The notes under the pieces were generated by a model, which saw only the letters and a list, made by a program, of their open reading frames with translations, had not been told where the DNA came from and did no database searches. A DNA stretch of 64,000 bases from assembly GCA_033442325.1 (NCBI GenBank), contig JAWQFM010000006.1, forward strand, positions 1,671,611 through 1,735,610. Reading direction: 5' to 3'. The position numbers and the translations under genes are program-made. Source of the DNA: Salpingoeca rosetta (taxonomy: Eukaryota; Protista; Choanoflagellata). Shown here piece by piece: positions 1 to 15,700 of the stretch (positions are counted from its first letter, which is position 1; the number at the start of each line of letters is the position of its first letter).

Positions 1-1228
1 AACACTCACCTCGGATGATACACCGCCACTGGAACCTGCAACAGGAACAATCCAGTCATCATCAGCATCACAAACTTTCCCCTCTCTTCCTTCATCGATG
101 CCCGCCTCTCCCTTATCTTCCTCTTCAACCCCAGGACACGCTGAGGCGTCGCCAGCTGGAAGCAGTTCAACGTACGCTTTCCTCCTTGTTTGTGTGTCTG
201 TGCTTTGTCGCCATTGCACTCCATGCGCATTGAAGGACCACCTCCTTCTGACCGCTGTCAATTGCACTCTTTCTTGTTCCTTACTGTAGAACATCGGCGT
301 CGTGGCAGCTTGGAGTGGGCATTGGCGCTGCTGCCTTCTTTGTTGTCCTCATTGCTGTGATCCTCGTCGTTCTTCGAAAGCGAAAGAGTCGCATCTCTCT
401 TCACCACGTCAGTGACTTGATGCAACACACCTGCGCCGTCCTTGCATGTCGTTCCTTGAAGCTGCTCGTACGCCGCGGTAGCCCTTCAGTCATTCACAAG
501 CATCATTTCTCACATGTCCCTCCTTATGTGTGCGCTTGATATGTTAAGGACGGGTCTCCAAGCGAAACAATGGCTCAAACACGTACTGGTATGCGTATAC
601 CATGGTGTCATGTCAAAGCAAGATTTGAACACTGTCACTACATGTCTTGAATTCGCTCTCACTTCTTCATCGTCGATTCTGACCTTGCGCATGTGCAGGT
701 ATTGGAATGTATGCCAACCCCATGTATGAGCCGGCTGACGACGGAAACCACCAAGCTTCCGCAACACCAGCAGCAACACCACAACACACTCACGATCCAA
801 CGTACGAAAGCATTGATACTGGTACGCAGAGTACATGCGTTGCACCACGCCCAGCCACTCAAGCACAACGCCCACCCCATCGTCAGCTGGCAGCGCGTGG
901 ACTGCCACCACCACCGCCTGGATTACCACAACCGCCTGGACTGCCACCACCTGGACTGCCACCACCACCCCATCAGACACCAACACCCCCACAGCCTGAT
1001 TCCGTGTATGCTCACATTGGCGACGCGGAAGCGAGTGGCGGCACACCACACCACAGGCACAGGTGGGATCCGGACACTTACGACACAGCAAACGGTGGCG
1101 GTGATCACACACCGCGTGCAAGGCACGCGTGGGATTCTGATGTTTATGACACGCAGCCTCAGCACACCCCCAGCAGAGTGTGTGCTGGACATGTGTGGGA
1201 CGCTGACGTGTATGATGTTTCAGCCTGA
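1..1228 (+). CDS. 3' part of a single-pass (type I) membrane protein with a Tyr- and Pro-motif cytoplasmic tail; 5' end lies outside the window
   Basis: The exon from 290 encodes a TM helix plus stop-transfer (WQLGVGIGAAAFFVVLIAVILVVLRKRK). The last exon 699-1228 encodes NPMY, TYESI, VYAHI, PPPGLP repeats and three HxWDxDxYD repeats. Confidence 0.7.
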
Positions 1229-1464
1229 CGCGTACGCCGTACGCGGTACGCCGTGCCATGAAGAACCTTGCCCTTTCTTTCGTTTTGTATTCAACTCACG
1301 TGTTACACCCAGTAAACAAAGAAAGGAACACAAAGAACGAGCAAGCAGGCACAACTTCCAAGCTCCCCCGAAGCACCCACCCAAACCCAGCATCCACCCA
1401 AACCCAAACGCCCCAGCGCAAACACACAAACGCAAGCGGCCCATCAACGAGAGCTCCATCCCAT

Positions 1465-3384
<1,920 letters not shown>

Positions 3385-3490
3385 AGTTGGTGTTGGTGTT
3401 GGTTGGTGTTGGTCACAGTCAGTGCAGCAGTGGACGAGCAAAAGTGCGCGCACCAATTAACAAACAGTCACCGACACGATAAAAGCAAAC
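3385..3490. promoter_or_regulatory. Putative bidirectional promoter between HSD17B14 and KYNU
   Basis: Only 106 bp separate the two divergent ATGs. Confidence 0.55.
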
Positions 3491-4952
3491 ATGGACGCGG
3501 TTGTGGCGCTGGCAAAGTGCGTTGTTTGTTGTTGTGCCATGTGCTTGCACGCTTCCTGCTTGCTTTGCTTTGCTTGCGTTGCGTCGCGTCGCTGGTGGAC
3601 ATGCACCCCTCTGCACAGTGCCGCCATGCAGTGTCTCACACGCACACCACCACCCTCATCACCCTCCCCACAAGGGAACAAGGGCTGGAGCTGGGCAGCG
3701 AAGCCTTTGCGGCTTACCTGGATGACCACGATGACCTGGCCCACTTTCGCAAGGAGTTCCATGTTCCGCGCATGAAGACGCTCACCTGCGGTGAGAACGA
3801 GGGCATGCCTGAAGCATCATGCACGTCTGTCATATGCACCAGCCCTTTAACTTCATTGCTCACCCATCACACGTCCCTTGCTTGCTCGATGCATCTGTGT
3901 GTCAGTGGATCAATCCCTGGTTGATCCAGAGACGGAGTGCGTCTACCTCTGCGGCAACTCTCTCGGTGAGGCACTGGCCAGTGTGTTCCTGTGTTTGTGT
4001 GTGTGCTTGTGAATGTGTGTGTGTGCATTTGTGTTTGTGTATTGAGTGCTCGTGTGTGTTGTGTGCTCGTGTGTTGAGTGCTCGTGTGTTGAGTGCTCGT
4101 GTGTTGAGTGCTCGTGTGTTGAGTGCTCGTGTGTTGAGTGCTCGTGTGTGCTTGTGAATATGTGTGCATTTGTGTTTGTGTATTGAGTGCTCGTGTGTGT
4201 CAGTTACACCACGTGTGACGCGTGTTGTTGTTTGTAGCGTGCCTTCTTTCTCTCTCACTCTCACAGCATGACACACACCCACAGGCTTGCAACCGAAGCG
4301 CACGGCCACCATCGTGCAGGAGGAGCTGGATGCCTGGGCCAAGGGGTGCGTTTGCAATGACATAGTATGTGTGTGGGGGGGGGTGTAAGCGATACGCTCT
4401 TGTGTCATGGCCCTTTGGTGTGCCGACCAAGTCGTGGAGACATTACCAGTGACTGCTTCACCCGACTCATTCAAACCTCTGTGCATGCTTGGCGTTTCAG
4501 CGGCGTTACTGGCCACTTTTCAGATGGCCCCAGCAAGCGCCCGTGGGTCTCCATTGATGAGCAAGTCACCGGCAAGGCCGCCCGCGTCGTCGGTGTGTGT
4601 GTGTTTGCGTTGTGTGTGTTTGCATAACTGTGCGTGTGTGAAGGAGGAAGCGCGAACATACTAGTCACCCGCTTCTTCGCTCATTTGTGGTGTGCGCTGC
4701 AATGATAGGCGCGGAGGAGGACGAAGTGGCCATCATGAACACGCTGACCGTCAACCTCCACCTCCTCATGGTACAACACGCAGGCATTGCCTTTGTTCTG
4801 TCTTGCTTTCCGTGCCTGTGCTTGGGTGCATTCTTTCTATCGCACAAAGTCACAATTCACAGTCGCTTCGCTGATCTCACACACAACACACACGCGCACA
4901 CACGCACACATCCGCACACACTCACACGCGCCCGCACACACACACACACATG

Positions 4953-4983
<31 letters not shown>

Positions 4984-6690
4984 GGTGCCGTTCTACACGC
5001 CGACGCCTGATCGATACAAGATCATTGTGGAGGCCAAGGCGTTCCCGTCGGACCACTTTGCTGTCGTGTCGCAGATTGAGCAGCGTGGCTACAGCGCCGC
5101 CGATGCGCTGGTGGAGGTGCGGCCGCGCGATGGCGAGCACTCCATCCGCGACGAAGACGTCATTGCCGCCATCAACGAGCATGCAGACACCGTTGCTCTC
5201 GTCCTCATTGGCGGTGTGTGCGCTGCGGCTTGCTTGGAGGTGGCGGGGAGTGCATTGAGGGTTGTATGCATGCATTTGAACGCGTTGTTGCGCGTGTGTT
5301 GGTTGTGGCGTACATCACGCCACGTGCTGTACACACGCATATCCACGCACCGCTCTTCACACCTGATTCTTCACTTTTCTTTCCGCTTCCAGGCGTGCAC
5401 TACTACACGGGCCAGTTCTTTGATCTCCCCGCAATCGCAGCAGCAGCACATGCGCAGGTGCACACGCTCAAGCGATTCTGCATGCGCGCGCGTGCGTGTG
5501 TGTCTGTGTGTGTGTGTGTGTCTGTGTGTGTCTGTCTGTCTGTCTCTCTCTCTGTCTGTCTCTCTCTCTGTCTGTCTCTCTGTCTCTCTGTCTCTCTCTG
5601 TCTCTCTGTCTCTCTCTCTCTCTCTGTCTCTGTCTCTCTGCGTGCATGTGATACTGATAACAGCGCTGTGCTCTCACAACTTCTCTTCTTTGACCACCGC
5701 CACGTACACGCCTGCAGGGCGCATTTATGGGCGTTGATCTGGCCCACGCTGTTGGGAACGTCGAGCTGCGACTGCACGACTGGGACATTGACTTTGCATG
5801 CTGGTGCACATACAAGGTGCGACACTTTTTGTGTGCACAATCACGTTGTTGCTGGTGGAGCTGCCACCCGACAGAGGCGTGCTTGTGAAGATTTAACCCC
5901 ACGCATGTGCACACATGCACATGCCACTTCACACACTTCACTTCACCCCACACCTCGCCTCACCTCACCTCACCTCACCTCACCTCGCCTCACCTCACCT
6001 CACCTCACCTCACCTCACCTCACCTCGCCTCACCTTCCCTCACCTCACCTCACCTCACCTCACCTCACACATCTCCCTTCCCTCTTCCTTCGTGCTCGCC
6101 AGTACCTCAACTCTGGTCCCGGTGGCATTGCGGGCGCTTTTGTGCACGAGAAGCACAACAACACCAAACGCCCCCACTTTGCCGGTGCGATACAAGACCG
6201 CGCATGCAAACCCTTGCGTTGTTGCAGGTGGCTGTTTGGTGCACACACGTGCAACCGTGACATGCATATGCACAACTGACACCTTCCTTTGCCTACATGT
6301 GTGTGTCTGTGTGTGTGTGTGCAGGATGGTGGGGTGTGCGTCTGCAGGAGCGATTCAAGATGGAACACGACGGCCACTTTATGCCAGGTGCTGACGACAC
6401 CCACACACATTTCGATGCCAGTGGAGCACAAGTACACAGCACACACATTTATTCCATGCTGTTGTGCCCGACAACCAAGGCCCCCCCCCACACACACACA
6501 CATACACACACGCACACACATACACATCAGGGGTGCGCGGGCTGCAGCTGTCCAACCCTGGTGTGCTGCAAACGGTTGCGCTGCTGGGATCGCTCGAGAT
6601 CTTTGACCAGACGTCGATGCCCGATCTTCGCAAGAAGGCAAAACTCCTCACAGGTGACGCGCAACGTGGCAATGTGTACTTACGTGTGTG

Positions 6691-6746
<56 letters not shown>

Positions 6747-6940
6747 TGTGTGTGGGTGCGTGCGTGCATGTGTGTGTGAATGAGTTCTGCTTTGCACTGG
6801 TTCTTGCCACCGCGTGATTGTAAATGTCGCCCTTACAAACAATATCGTTACCTTTGGACGTGCGTGTGTGTTGTGGATTGGCTCAGGTTACCTCGAGGCT
6901 CTTCTTACCAACATGTTCAGCAAGGACGAGTACGTGTAAT

Positions 6941-6981
<41 letters not shown>

Positions 6982-7681
6982 TGCAGACACACACACGCAA
7001 ACAAACCTGCAGACACACACATACCTGCACATGCGCATCCACCCACTACACCGCTCACCCTTCTGCTTGCTATATTTGCTGTGCAGTGGATTTGAGATCA
7101 TCACTCCCTCTGACCCCGAGCGCCGCGGCTGTCAGCTCTCAGGTGACACTTGTCACCCCTCCCCACACACTTGTACACGCACACATGCACACATGCACAC
7201 GCACACAAATACACACACGCACACACACAAACACTCACGCCTTCCACCTTTCCCATCACGTCCCCACCACTCACGCAACCCCTCCTTTGTTTGCCCTGCA
7301 GTGCTGTTTGGGCGGAAGATCAAGCCTGTGTTTGAGCAGCTTGAGAAGCGCGGCGTCATCTGCGACATGCGCGAGCCAAACGTCATGCGCCTCGCCCCCG
7401 TGCCCCTCTACAACTCGTTCAACGACGTCTACAGGTTTAGGACTTGCGTGCTTTATGCGTGTCTTGTGTGGGTGTGGGTGTGTACATACACGTGTATGCA
7501 GCGTGTGAAACACATGTGTGCGTGTGTGTATGTGTGATTGTGATTGAATTTATTTTGTGCATGCGTGTGTGCAGAGGTGGACGTTGTTGATCAAATGATG
7601 CAACACGATCTCACGTGTCTGTTTTCCCTCTTCTTCAGGTTCGTCCAGCTGCTTCGCGCGGCCATGGAGGCGGCTCCCTGA
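3491..7681 (+). CDS. KYNU: Kynureninase (PLP-dependent), multi-exon
   Basis: Exons encode [68 protein letters not shown] (PLP lysine), RGCQLS and [14 protein letters not shown]. The first exon MDAVVALAK is inferred. Confidence 0.95.
4001..4200. repeat. Intronic minisatellite (GTGCTCGTGTGTTGA)n, about 7 copies, bracketed by a duplicated ~55 bp block
   Basis: Seen directly in a KYNU intron. Confidence 0.9.
5950..6066. repeat. (CACCT)n pentanucleotide repeat in a KYNU intron
   Basis: Seen directly. Confidence 0.95.
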
Positions 7682-7836
7682 GTACCACAACAACACTTGT
7701 CGCACTTCCTTCTCGTCGCCAGCTTCGGCTGTGTGCTGTGTTGTCTCGTGCCTGGCATGGATCAAATCAATGAACCAATCTGAACAAGCGTTGCTGTTTG
7801 AGAGGGCGCAAAACAACAAGAGCGAGAGAGTGTAAC

Positions 7837-7944
<108 letters not shown>

Positions 7945-8075
7945 CAAAAATTACAAACTATTTTTTTATTTTCTGACCCCTTGGTTGAACCCACAAGTGC
8001 GTGCACTGCGTGAAGAGCATTCGCAATTCCGCGAACGACACAGCATCTCATTTTTCCGCACACCAACAGCAGACG

Positions 8076-8367
8076 ATGACCGTGATGATGGAGGCGACTG
8101 CGCAAGTCGCAGATGCCGCCGTGGCCAGCGATGTTGCTGCCCGTGGTGGCGCTGCTGGTGTGACGAAGGAGGGCGATGGTGAGCCTGCACAGCCCCACAC
8201 AAGCGAGGATGAAACGCTGTTGAAGGAGGTGGCCAACCTCAAGGCTTCCATGTCCGAAGCAGACATCGAAGCAGGTGTGCAACAACGCAATGCCAAATGA
8301 AGAAAATGTAGGGTGGTGATGCGTCTGCGTGCGTGTGCCTGCGTGCCTCGCCGTGTGTGTGTGTGTG

Positions 8368-8421
<54 letters not shown>

Positions 8422-10364
8422 GCCCTTTCGATCTGTTCTCTGCCGCCTCCCCTCCCCTGCTCCCCTTTCTCCCTGTCTCCTGTTACACGACCTGGCGTAC
8501 TGACCACGACAAACGATGATAATGATGATGATGATGATGACAATACACCATGGGGCAGAGCGTGACTTGGCCCATTGGTTTCCTGCTTTTTGGTACGGCG
8601 AGCGCCTGCGCCTCACGGAGCTGAGTGGACCCCCTCCAAAAGGTACCTGCAATGTGTGTGTGTGTGCGTGTGTGTGTGTGCGTGTGTGCGTGTGTGTGTG
8701 TGTGTGAGGTATACTGCGTGAAACGCCACCTTCCAAGCTCCACATGCCTGTCACATCTCCGCTCTTCTGTTACAGCTCACACGTGCACACTCATACGCAG
8801 ACTTGAATGAGGAGGAGAAGCGCTTGCACAAACAGTATCGCGACTACATGGCAAAGGAGCGACGGGGTCGAGACCTCTACGTGAAGCGCCAGGAGTACGT
8901 GGAACCGTCGTCTGCTTAAACTGTTGCTTGATTCCCCTGTCGTAGCACACACGTGCGCACTTACACATGCACCCACACACGTACACACACGTACACATGT
9001 ACCCACGTACACACACACACACACACGCACACACACGTACACACACTCACACACACACTCACACACACACGTACATACACACACACGCGCGCGCGCGCGC
9101 AGGGATGAGGCTGCCCTGTTTGAGAAGTTCAAGCCACGCAAGCGACGTGGTCCGCGCCTGCCGCGTTTTGCCGCCGCGTCACGCGAGGAGTCGAAGATTG
9201 TCGTCATCCCAACGCCGCAGCTGCTTCCCCCGCGTGTCCTGCGCATGCGGCACGGCGACTCTGCGGCTGTGCCCATCATCACCGAGCCGCCGGCACCGAA
9301 GATGGAGGGCCCTCCGCTCGTCTGCCAGGTCGAGTGGGAACACGACATCATCTCAGAGAGCGAAGACGACGAGCATGACGAGCACGATGAACGCAATGGG
9401 GAATTGAGGCACGGCCGATCGCACGGCATCAAGGCCCAGCCATCGTCATCGCTGGACAGCGCGCTTGGATCATCGCCAGCCTCATCTTCCGAATTTACCG
9501 AGGACTTGGGGCCCGAAGACAGCTTCCTCGGAGACGTGGTTCGTGTGTGTGTGTGTCTGTGTCTGTGTCTGTGTCTGTGTGTCTGTGTGTCTGTCTGTGT
9601 GTCTGTGTGTGTGCGTGTGTGTGTCTGTGTGTCTGTGTCTGTGTGCGTGTGCGTGTGCGTAAATTGCACATCGGCCGCACATCCGCCAACCTGCCAACTC
9701 AAACTGCACCCTTCTCCTTCTCTCCCCCTTCATCACCCCATGTCCCCATGCACCGCCTGCCCCACCATCACTTGATCGCTTCGCAGCCGGACGAGACGAC
9801 GCGTCGACAGCAGCTGGTGGAGACGGCAGCGATTGTTGCACAGAAGCGCCTCAACGCCATCCGCATGCGCGAAGAGGAGGTACGGGCGTGCGTATGTGTG
9901 TGTACGTGCATGTGTATGTGTATGTGTATGTGTGTGTGCTTGTGCTTGTGTATGTGCATGTGTATGTGTGCTCCTTCCCACTCCTACTCCCCTACCCATC
10001 CCCCCTGCTTTATCAGTTCCTTCTTCCTTTCCTGTTCCTGCTTGTTGTTTGCTTTGCACTCGTCCCTCACCACTGTACACACCCAATCGCTGCTGCGGCT
10101 GCTTCGCATGACAGGAGCGTAAGAAGGCAGAACAGGCCAGGGTATGTCATCACCATCCTTACCGCATGCCGCTGCCAATATCAGCTCACTCGTTCATTGC
10201 TGTCCTTTATCTTCCATCACGTTCCAGTCACATCTGTTATTTACGTGCTCCCTTCCCACTGACCTTCTCCCTTCTGAACACCAACCACCCGTTCGTAACC
10301 ATCTGTGCAGATTGCGCGAGGAAAACGACGCGTGCGAGGCAGACCACGAGCAGCAGAGGTGGCT

Positions 10365-10445
<81 letters not shown>

Positions 10446-12657
10446 CAGCATGTTCATCTGTGGGTGCCATGAATGTGACGCAAACACATTATGTTGACAC
10501 GTCCTCTTCTCCCCATCCCTAGCACTTACCACCCCGAAATGCGCATCTGTCCCACAGCAGAACAAACAGGCGGACGCAAAGAAGAAGAAGAACCCGCCAA
10601 AGTCAAAACCAACAGCAGCGGCAGCTGACAGTGGTGGTGCTGCTGCCTCCTCAAAGTCAAAGTACGTCATACACACTCCACACCAAGCCACTTTTGTGTC
10701 TGTTCTTCCTTGTTCGCGGTTGTGTCTGTTCTTTCCTGTTTGCCATTTCTTCTGCACATGCTCACGTATACACTCACTCACTCACACACTCATTCACTCA
10801 CTCACTCACTCACTCACTCATTCACACACACACACACACTCTCTCTCTCTCTCACGTATCCACACACTCTGCTTGTTTGCAGGTCGCAGCCCAGCAACGC
10901 CACGCGAAGACATGGTGGGCACATTTGCGCGTCCTTTGTCCCTTCCCAACTCACAACACAGAATACGCATTCCTGCATTTGAGTTTCCTGTTTGCCTATT
11001 CCCACACCTCAACCTCGCCAACACAAACACGTGCAAACACGCACGCGCACACACAACCCCCACCCAAATCAATCCCTTCCCCTCATCTCGCCTCACGTCG
11101 CCTGTTCCTCTTATCCGAACGTGCAGCTGATCCCAAAGCGTCACAGCGCCGCTTCCTCGTGGGTGGCCAGTCTGATGCAACATACACTGTCGACGTCACA
11201 GACTGTGTCCAGCAGGACCAGCACAAGCCCATGGACCTCCCACAGTACGCTTGCCGTCTGTGTGTGCGTGTGTTGTGTGTGTGTGTGTGTGTTTGTGTGT
11301 TTTGTGTGTTTTGTGTGTTTTGTGTGATTGTGTGTTTTGTGTGTGTGTGTGTTATGTGTGTGTGATTGTGTGTGTTTGCAATTGCCCTGCTTCCGCACCC
11401 ATTTGTCGCAACACCAACTCCTTCATCTCACACCAACCACTCACACCAACCACTCCCACCACCACCAGGCGGTTCAGCGTGCTTGAGCCGCTCAACACGG
11501 CGATGGCGACGACGCGATGGGAGGATGAGGTGCTCTACGACAGCGAAGATGACATGGACCCAGAGGCAGAACTGGTCCACCAGAAGATGCTCCAGCAGGT
11601 ACACAATACAACACACACACACACACACATGGCCCTAAGGGAAGGGTTCGTGGATGTTTCACTGCTACGAAGTTCTTCCTCGTGTCTGCCGGCCACCACC
11701 ACCACCACCATTTTTGCTTCCACTCTCACGCTCCCCCCCCCTCTCCTCCTCCTCCTACACTGGCTGCAGGCACACAAGATTGTGCTTGACATGAACGATC
11801 CGCACATGGTGTTTGACTTTGCTGTGTCGCGGCCGCGGCGGCGCGTCGAGTATGTCCTGCAGCAGAACAAGGGTCGCCTTCGTATCCCGGACTGGAAGCT
11901 GGAGGAGATTGCAAAGGCAATGGCCCCAAAGGACACCCGTTTCATGAGTGCGTGGCCTTCATGTGTGTGTGTGTGTGTGTGTGTGTGTCGCGATGGGCGC
12001 GTTGTGTGTGGTTTTCTGCCACTGCGAACCGGCCTGTCGTGCACAGTGACACTCAGAAACGTGCAAAAACAATACGCCGTACTCATTCATCGCTGTCGTG
12101 TCCACATTGTTACTTGCCTGGCACATGTCCGCCTTATCTTCACTCCAGCGGATGACAAGTTCAACCTCTCTAACGATCGCTTTTACGCCACAAAGCACGG
12201 TGAGCTGCCGTGTCCTCCTCCTCTCACCGTTGTGATTTGTGACGATATCATCGTCGCTGCGCGCACACATGCTCAAGCGCTCACACACTCACACACTCAC
12301 ACACTCACACACTCACACACTCACACACTCACACACTCACGTTGCCCTCACTTCATCGACACACGTTCCCCCCCCCCCAAAAAAATCATCCCCTTGCGCA
12401 GAGAATCCGTACCACTGGTCGAACATGATGCTTGACCGGCCCGTCACCCACGCCAACCCGGCCCTCAAGCTCGATGAGCGCTTCTTCCCAACCCACCTCA
12501 CCCAAAAGTACGCTGCAGCGCTGTGTGCATGTGTGTGCATGTGTGTGTGCGTGTGTGTGTGTGTGTGTGTGGTGCCTCATGCTTGCGGCTCGCCTCCCGT
12601 GTTGGTGAGTTGCCTCCACTCATCAACCCCACACCCAACCCATCATCAACAACCCCT

Positions 12658-12728
<71 letters not shown>

Positions 12729-15700
12729 AAATCGTGCGCGTGCGTGCAGGGATCTGCGGTACTTCCACCGGCCGACGCTGCGAAACATTGTGGAGAACGA
12801 ACGCAGCCCGCTCCAGAACGCAAACCTCCTCGAACAGAACAGGAAGCCAAAGATGCAGAGGTGCGCACTGATGGCGTGGGTTGCTAATTTCCCTCTGTGA
12901 TTGTTGTGCGCTGGCCGATTCGTGTGTTTGCTGTACGCTCCCTGACTATTGACCTTTGCAATACTCCCTCACCCACCACACACACACACACACCTTCACA
13001 ACACGACACAACACAACACGACACAACACAACACAACACAACACAACACAACACAACACAACACAACACAACACACACCCAAACACGCATATGCAATATT
13101 CTCTCTCTCTCTCTGTCTCTTGCGTTCAGGGCGACTGGCACGAGTCCTTTTGATGCGGACGACATCACGGCCAAGACGGGGCGGGTCGTGCTGGCAGAGT
13201 ACAGCGAGGAGCACCCCTTCTTCATCATGCGTCCAGGCATGTGCACCGTGATCCGCAACTTCCACCGGCCAGGCCCAACCCCGTACAAGCCGCTGCCATA
13301 CGGCATCCTCATCCCGATTGAGAAGGTGGACGGCTCGCCGTTCCTCGGTCGCATGGCGCGTGGCCAGACAGTGCAGGCCTTTGAGAACAACCTCTTCCGC
13401 GCGCCGGCCTACGCGCACCACATGCGTGGCACAGACTTTCTCGTCACACGAAACCCGCAGACAAAGGAGCTGCACGTGCGCTACATTGGCGACATCTTCG
13501 TGGTGGGCCAGCTCATGCCCAAGATGGCACTGCCCGCGCCCAACAGCAAGGCGGCGTCCGACCTGCAGCGCAAGCGGCTGGAGGCGTTTGTGTATCGCAT
13601 GTTCTTCAAGCGGACAGTGCGGTCGCGAAAGAGGCGACACAGGCAGGAGCGCCCACGCGTGCGAATGGATGCGGTGAAGAAGGCGATGCCAGACCAGAGC
13701 GACACGAACATTCGCCGCGTGCTGAAGGAGTGCGCCAAGTTCCAGCGGCACGGTGCAGACAACGGCTCGTGGGAGTGGAAGCTGGACTCGCTGCCCACCA
13801 AGTACGACCTGCAGGCGAAAATCACACCGGAGGAAGTGTGCGCGTACGAGAGCATGCTGGCTGCCGAGCAGCGGCTGAGGGACATGGGGTACAAGACGGC
13901 GCTGATTGCCGAGGCCGCAGACGAGGCGCGCAAGGAGCCAACGCGCAACGAAGGCGACGATGATGAAGACGGTGACAAGGAGAGCGGTGGCGATGGTACG
14001 GGCGCCGTTGATGAGGCAAAGGTGGCGCCGTGGTGCCTCAGCCAGGACTTTGTGGACTGCGTGCAGAGCAAGTGCCTGCTGGCGATTGTTGGCTCGGCAG
14101 ACCCAACTGGCACGGGCGGGAAGCTGGGCATGTCGTACGTGCGCATTGCGAAGAAGCCCTCCAACGCGCGCGTGCATGATCCCAACGCGAAGAAGAAGAG
14201 CGATGACGCCGTGGATCTGCGAAAGCTGCCGCTCGAGCTGGCCCGCAAGATCCTGATTGAGCGCTACGGCATGACGGACGCCGAGCTCGAGGGCATTCCT
14301 CGCTGGCACGTGATTGGCATTGTGCGGCGCAAGGCCACGGAGGAGGCAAAGACATCGTCGGTCGAGCTGGACTATGCGCGCAACAGCAACTCGGCTGTGG
14401 CCATGCACCGGCGCAAGTTTGAGTCGCGCTGCCAGGCGGCGTTTGACGGGCAGAACGGGTCGCTGGCGAGCATCGAGGAGGTGCCGAGCGATGACGAGGG
14501 CGGCGATGATGAAGGCGGTGAGGGAGAGACACGTGGCGAGGGTGACACGGACCGCTCGACCACAGCAACAGCTTCAGCCGCAGCCGCAGGAAAGATTGGT
14601 GGAAGCGGTGGTGGTGCCGACAGCACAAAACAGGCCAACCAGCAGCAAGCAAAGGAAAGGTACGCCAAGCAGATGGACGAGAGGGAGGACGATACGCAGT
14701 CGCTGGTGTCGGAGTCACAGGCGAGCGTGGTGTCTGCCCGCAGCGTGAAGGGCAAGCGGGACGAGAAGAAGAGCAAAAAGGCAGCAAAGAAGGCAAAGAA
14801 GGACAAGAAGAAGAAAAAGAAAAAGGAGAAGAAGAGGGAGAAGAAACGGCAACAACAGCAGCAACAGCAGCACCATGCCAAGCAGGGTCGCAGTGACGGC
14901 AACAACAATGCTCATGAAGAGAAGCAGGCTCGTAACAACACCATCACCACCAGCAACAACAACAACAACAACAACAACAACAGCGGTGATGGTGATGGTT
15001 CAAAGAGCAAGAACGGCGGCGATTCGCAAGGAGAGCGTCGGTCGCCGTCACCCTCGCCATCGCAGCAGCAGCAGCAGACGGGGCCCAAACGCAAGCTGAA
15101 GATCTACCGCGCAACGCTCAAGCCCGAGCACCGCGACAAGAAGGGCAAGGTCGGCCCCTCGGACGCACGCGCAAACCCGGAGTGGTTCACCATCCGTGTG
15201 GAGACGGTGGAGGACCCACGGGTCATCAGCGCGTATGTGCTCGAGACGCGCGCGAGACTGGCGGAGCAGCAGCAGCACAACCGCCGCTACGGCGTGAATG
15301 CGCCCGTGCAGAACATTGAGGGCTCGCTGGCGGTGAGCGACACGAGCACATCGGCCATGGCCCTCACGGGAACCAAGCTTCGGCTCAACATGAGCTTGAT
15401 GCAGCAGAGCAGCGAGGCGGGGACGGCCAAGCGCGGCAGCAGCAGCGGTGGCGGCGGCGCTGAGCAGCCGGCGAAGCGAGCCAAGTCGCGGGGTGGAAGT
15501 ACCTCCTCCGCGCTGCGTGCACAGGCGAGCGCAGACGGCGCCAGCAGCGTGTTTGGCGACACGGGCGGTGGCGGCGACAACGATGACGCGCGCTCTGTAT
15601 CTTCACGGACATCGCGCACATCCAAGCGATCCGCACGCAGCAGGAAACCCGCCACGACAGCGCCGGCAGCAACGGCAGCTGCAGGCACAGCGGTGAGTGA

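Noticed and set aside
1229-1245. Palindrome CGCGTACG-C-CGTACGCG just after the first gene's stop
   Set aside because: It is short, low-complexity and plausible by chance, with no supporting context.
4045-4148. Regular 15-bp repeats here and at about 62957-63017 as a possible CRISPR-like array
   Set aside because: They are head-to-tail tandem copies without unique spacers, intronic, and have no cas genes nearby.
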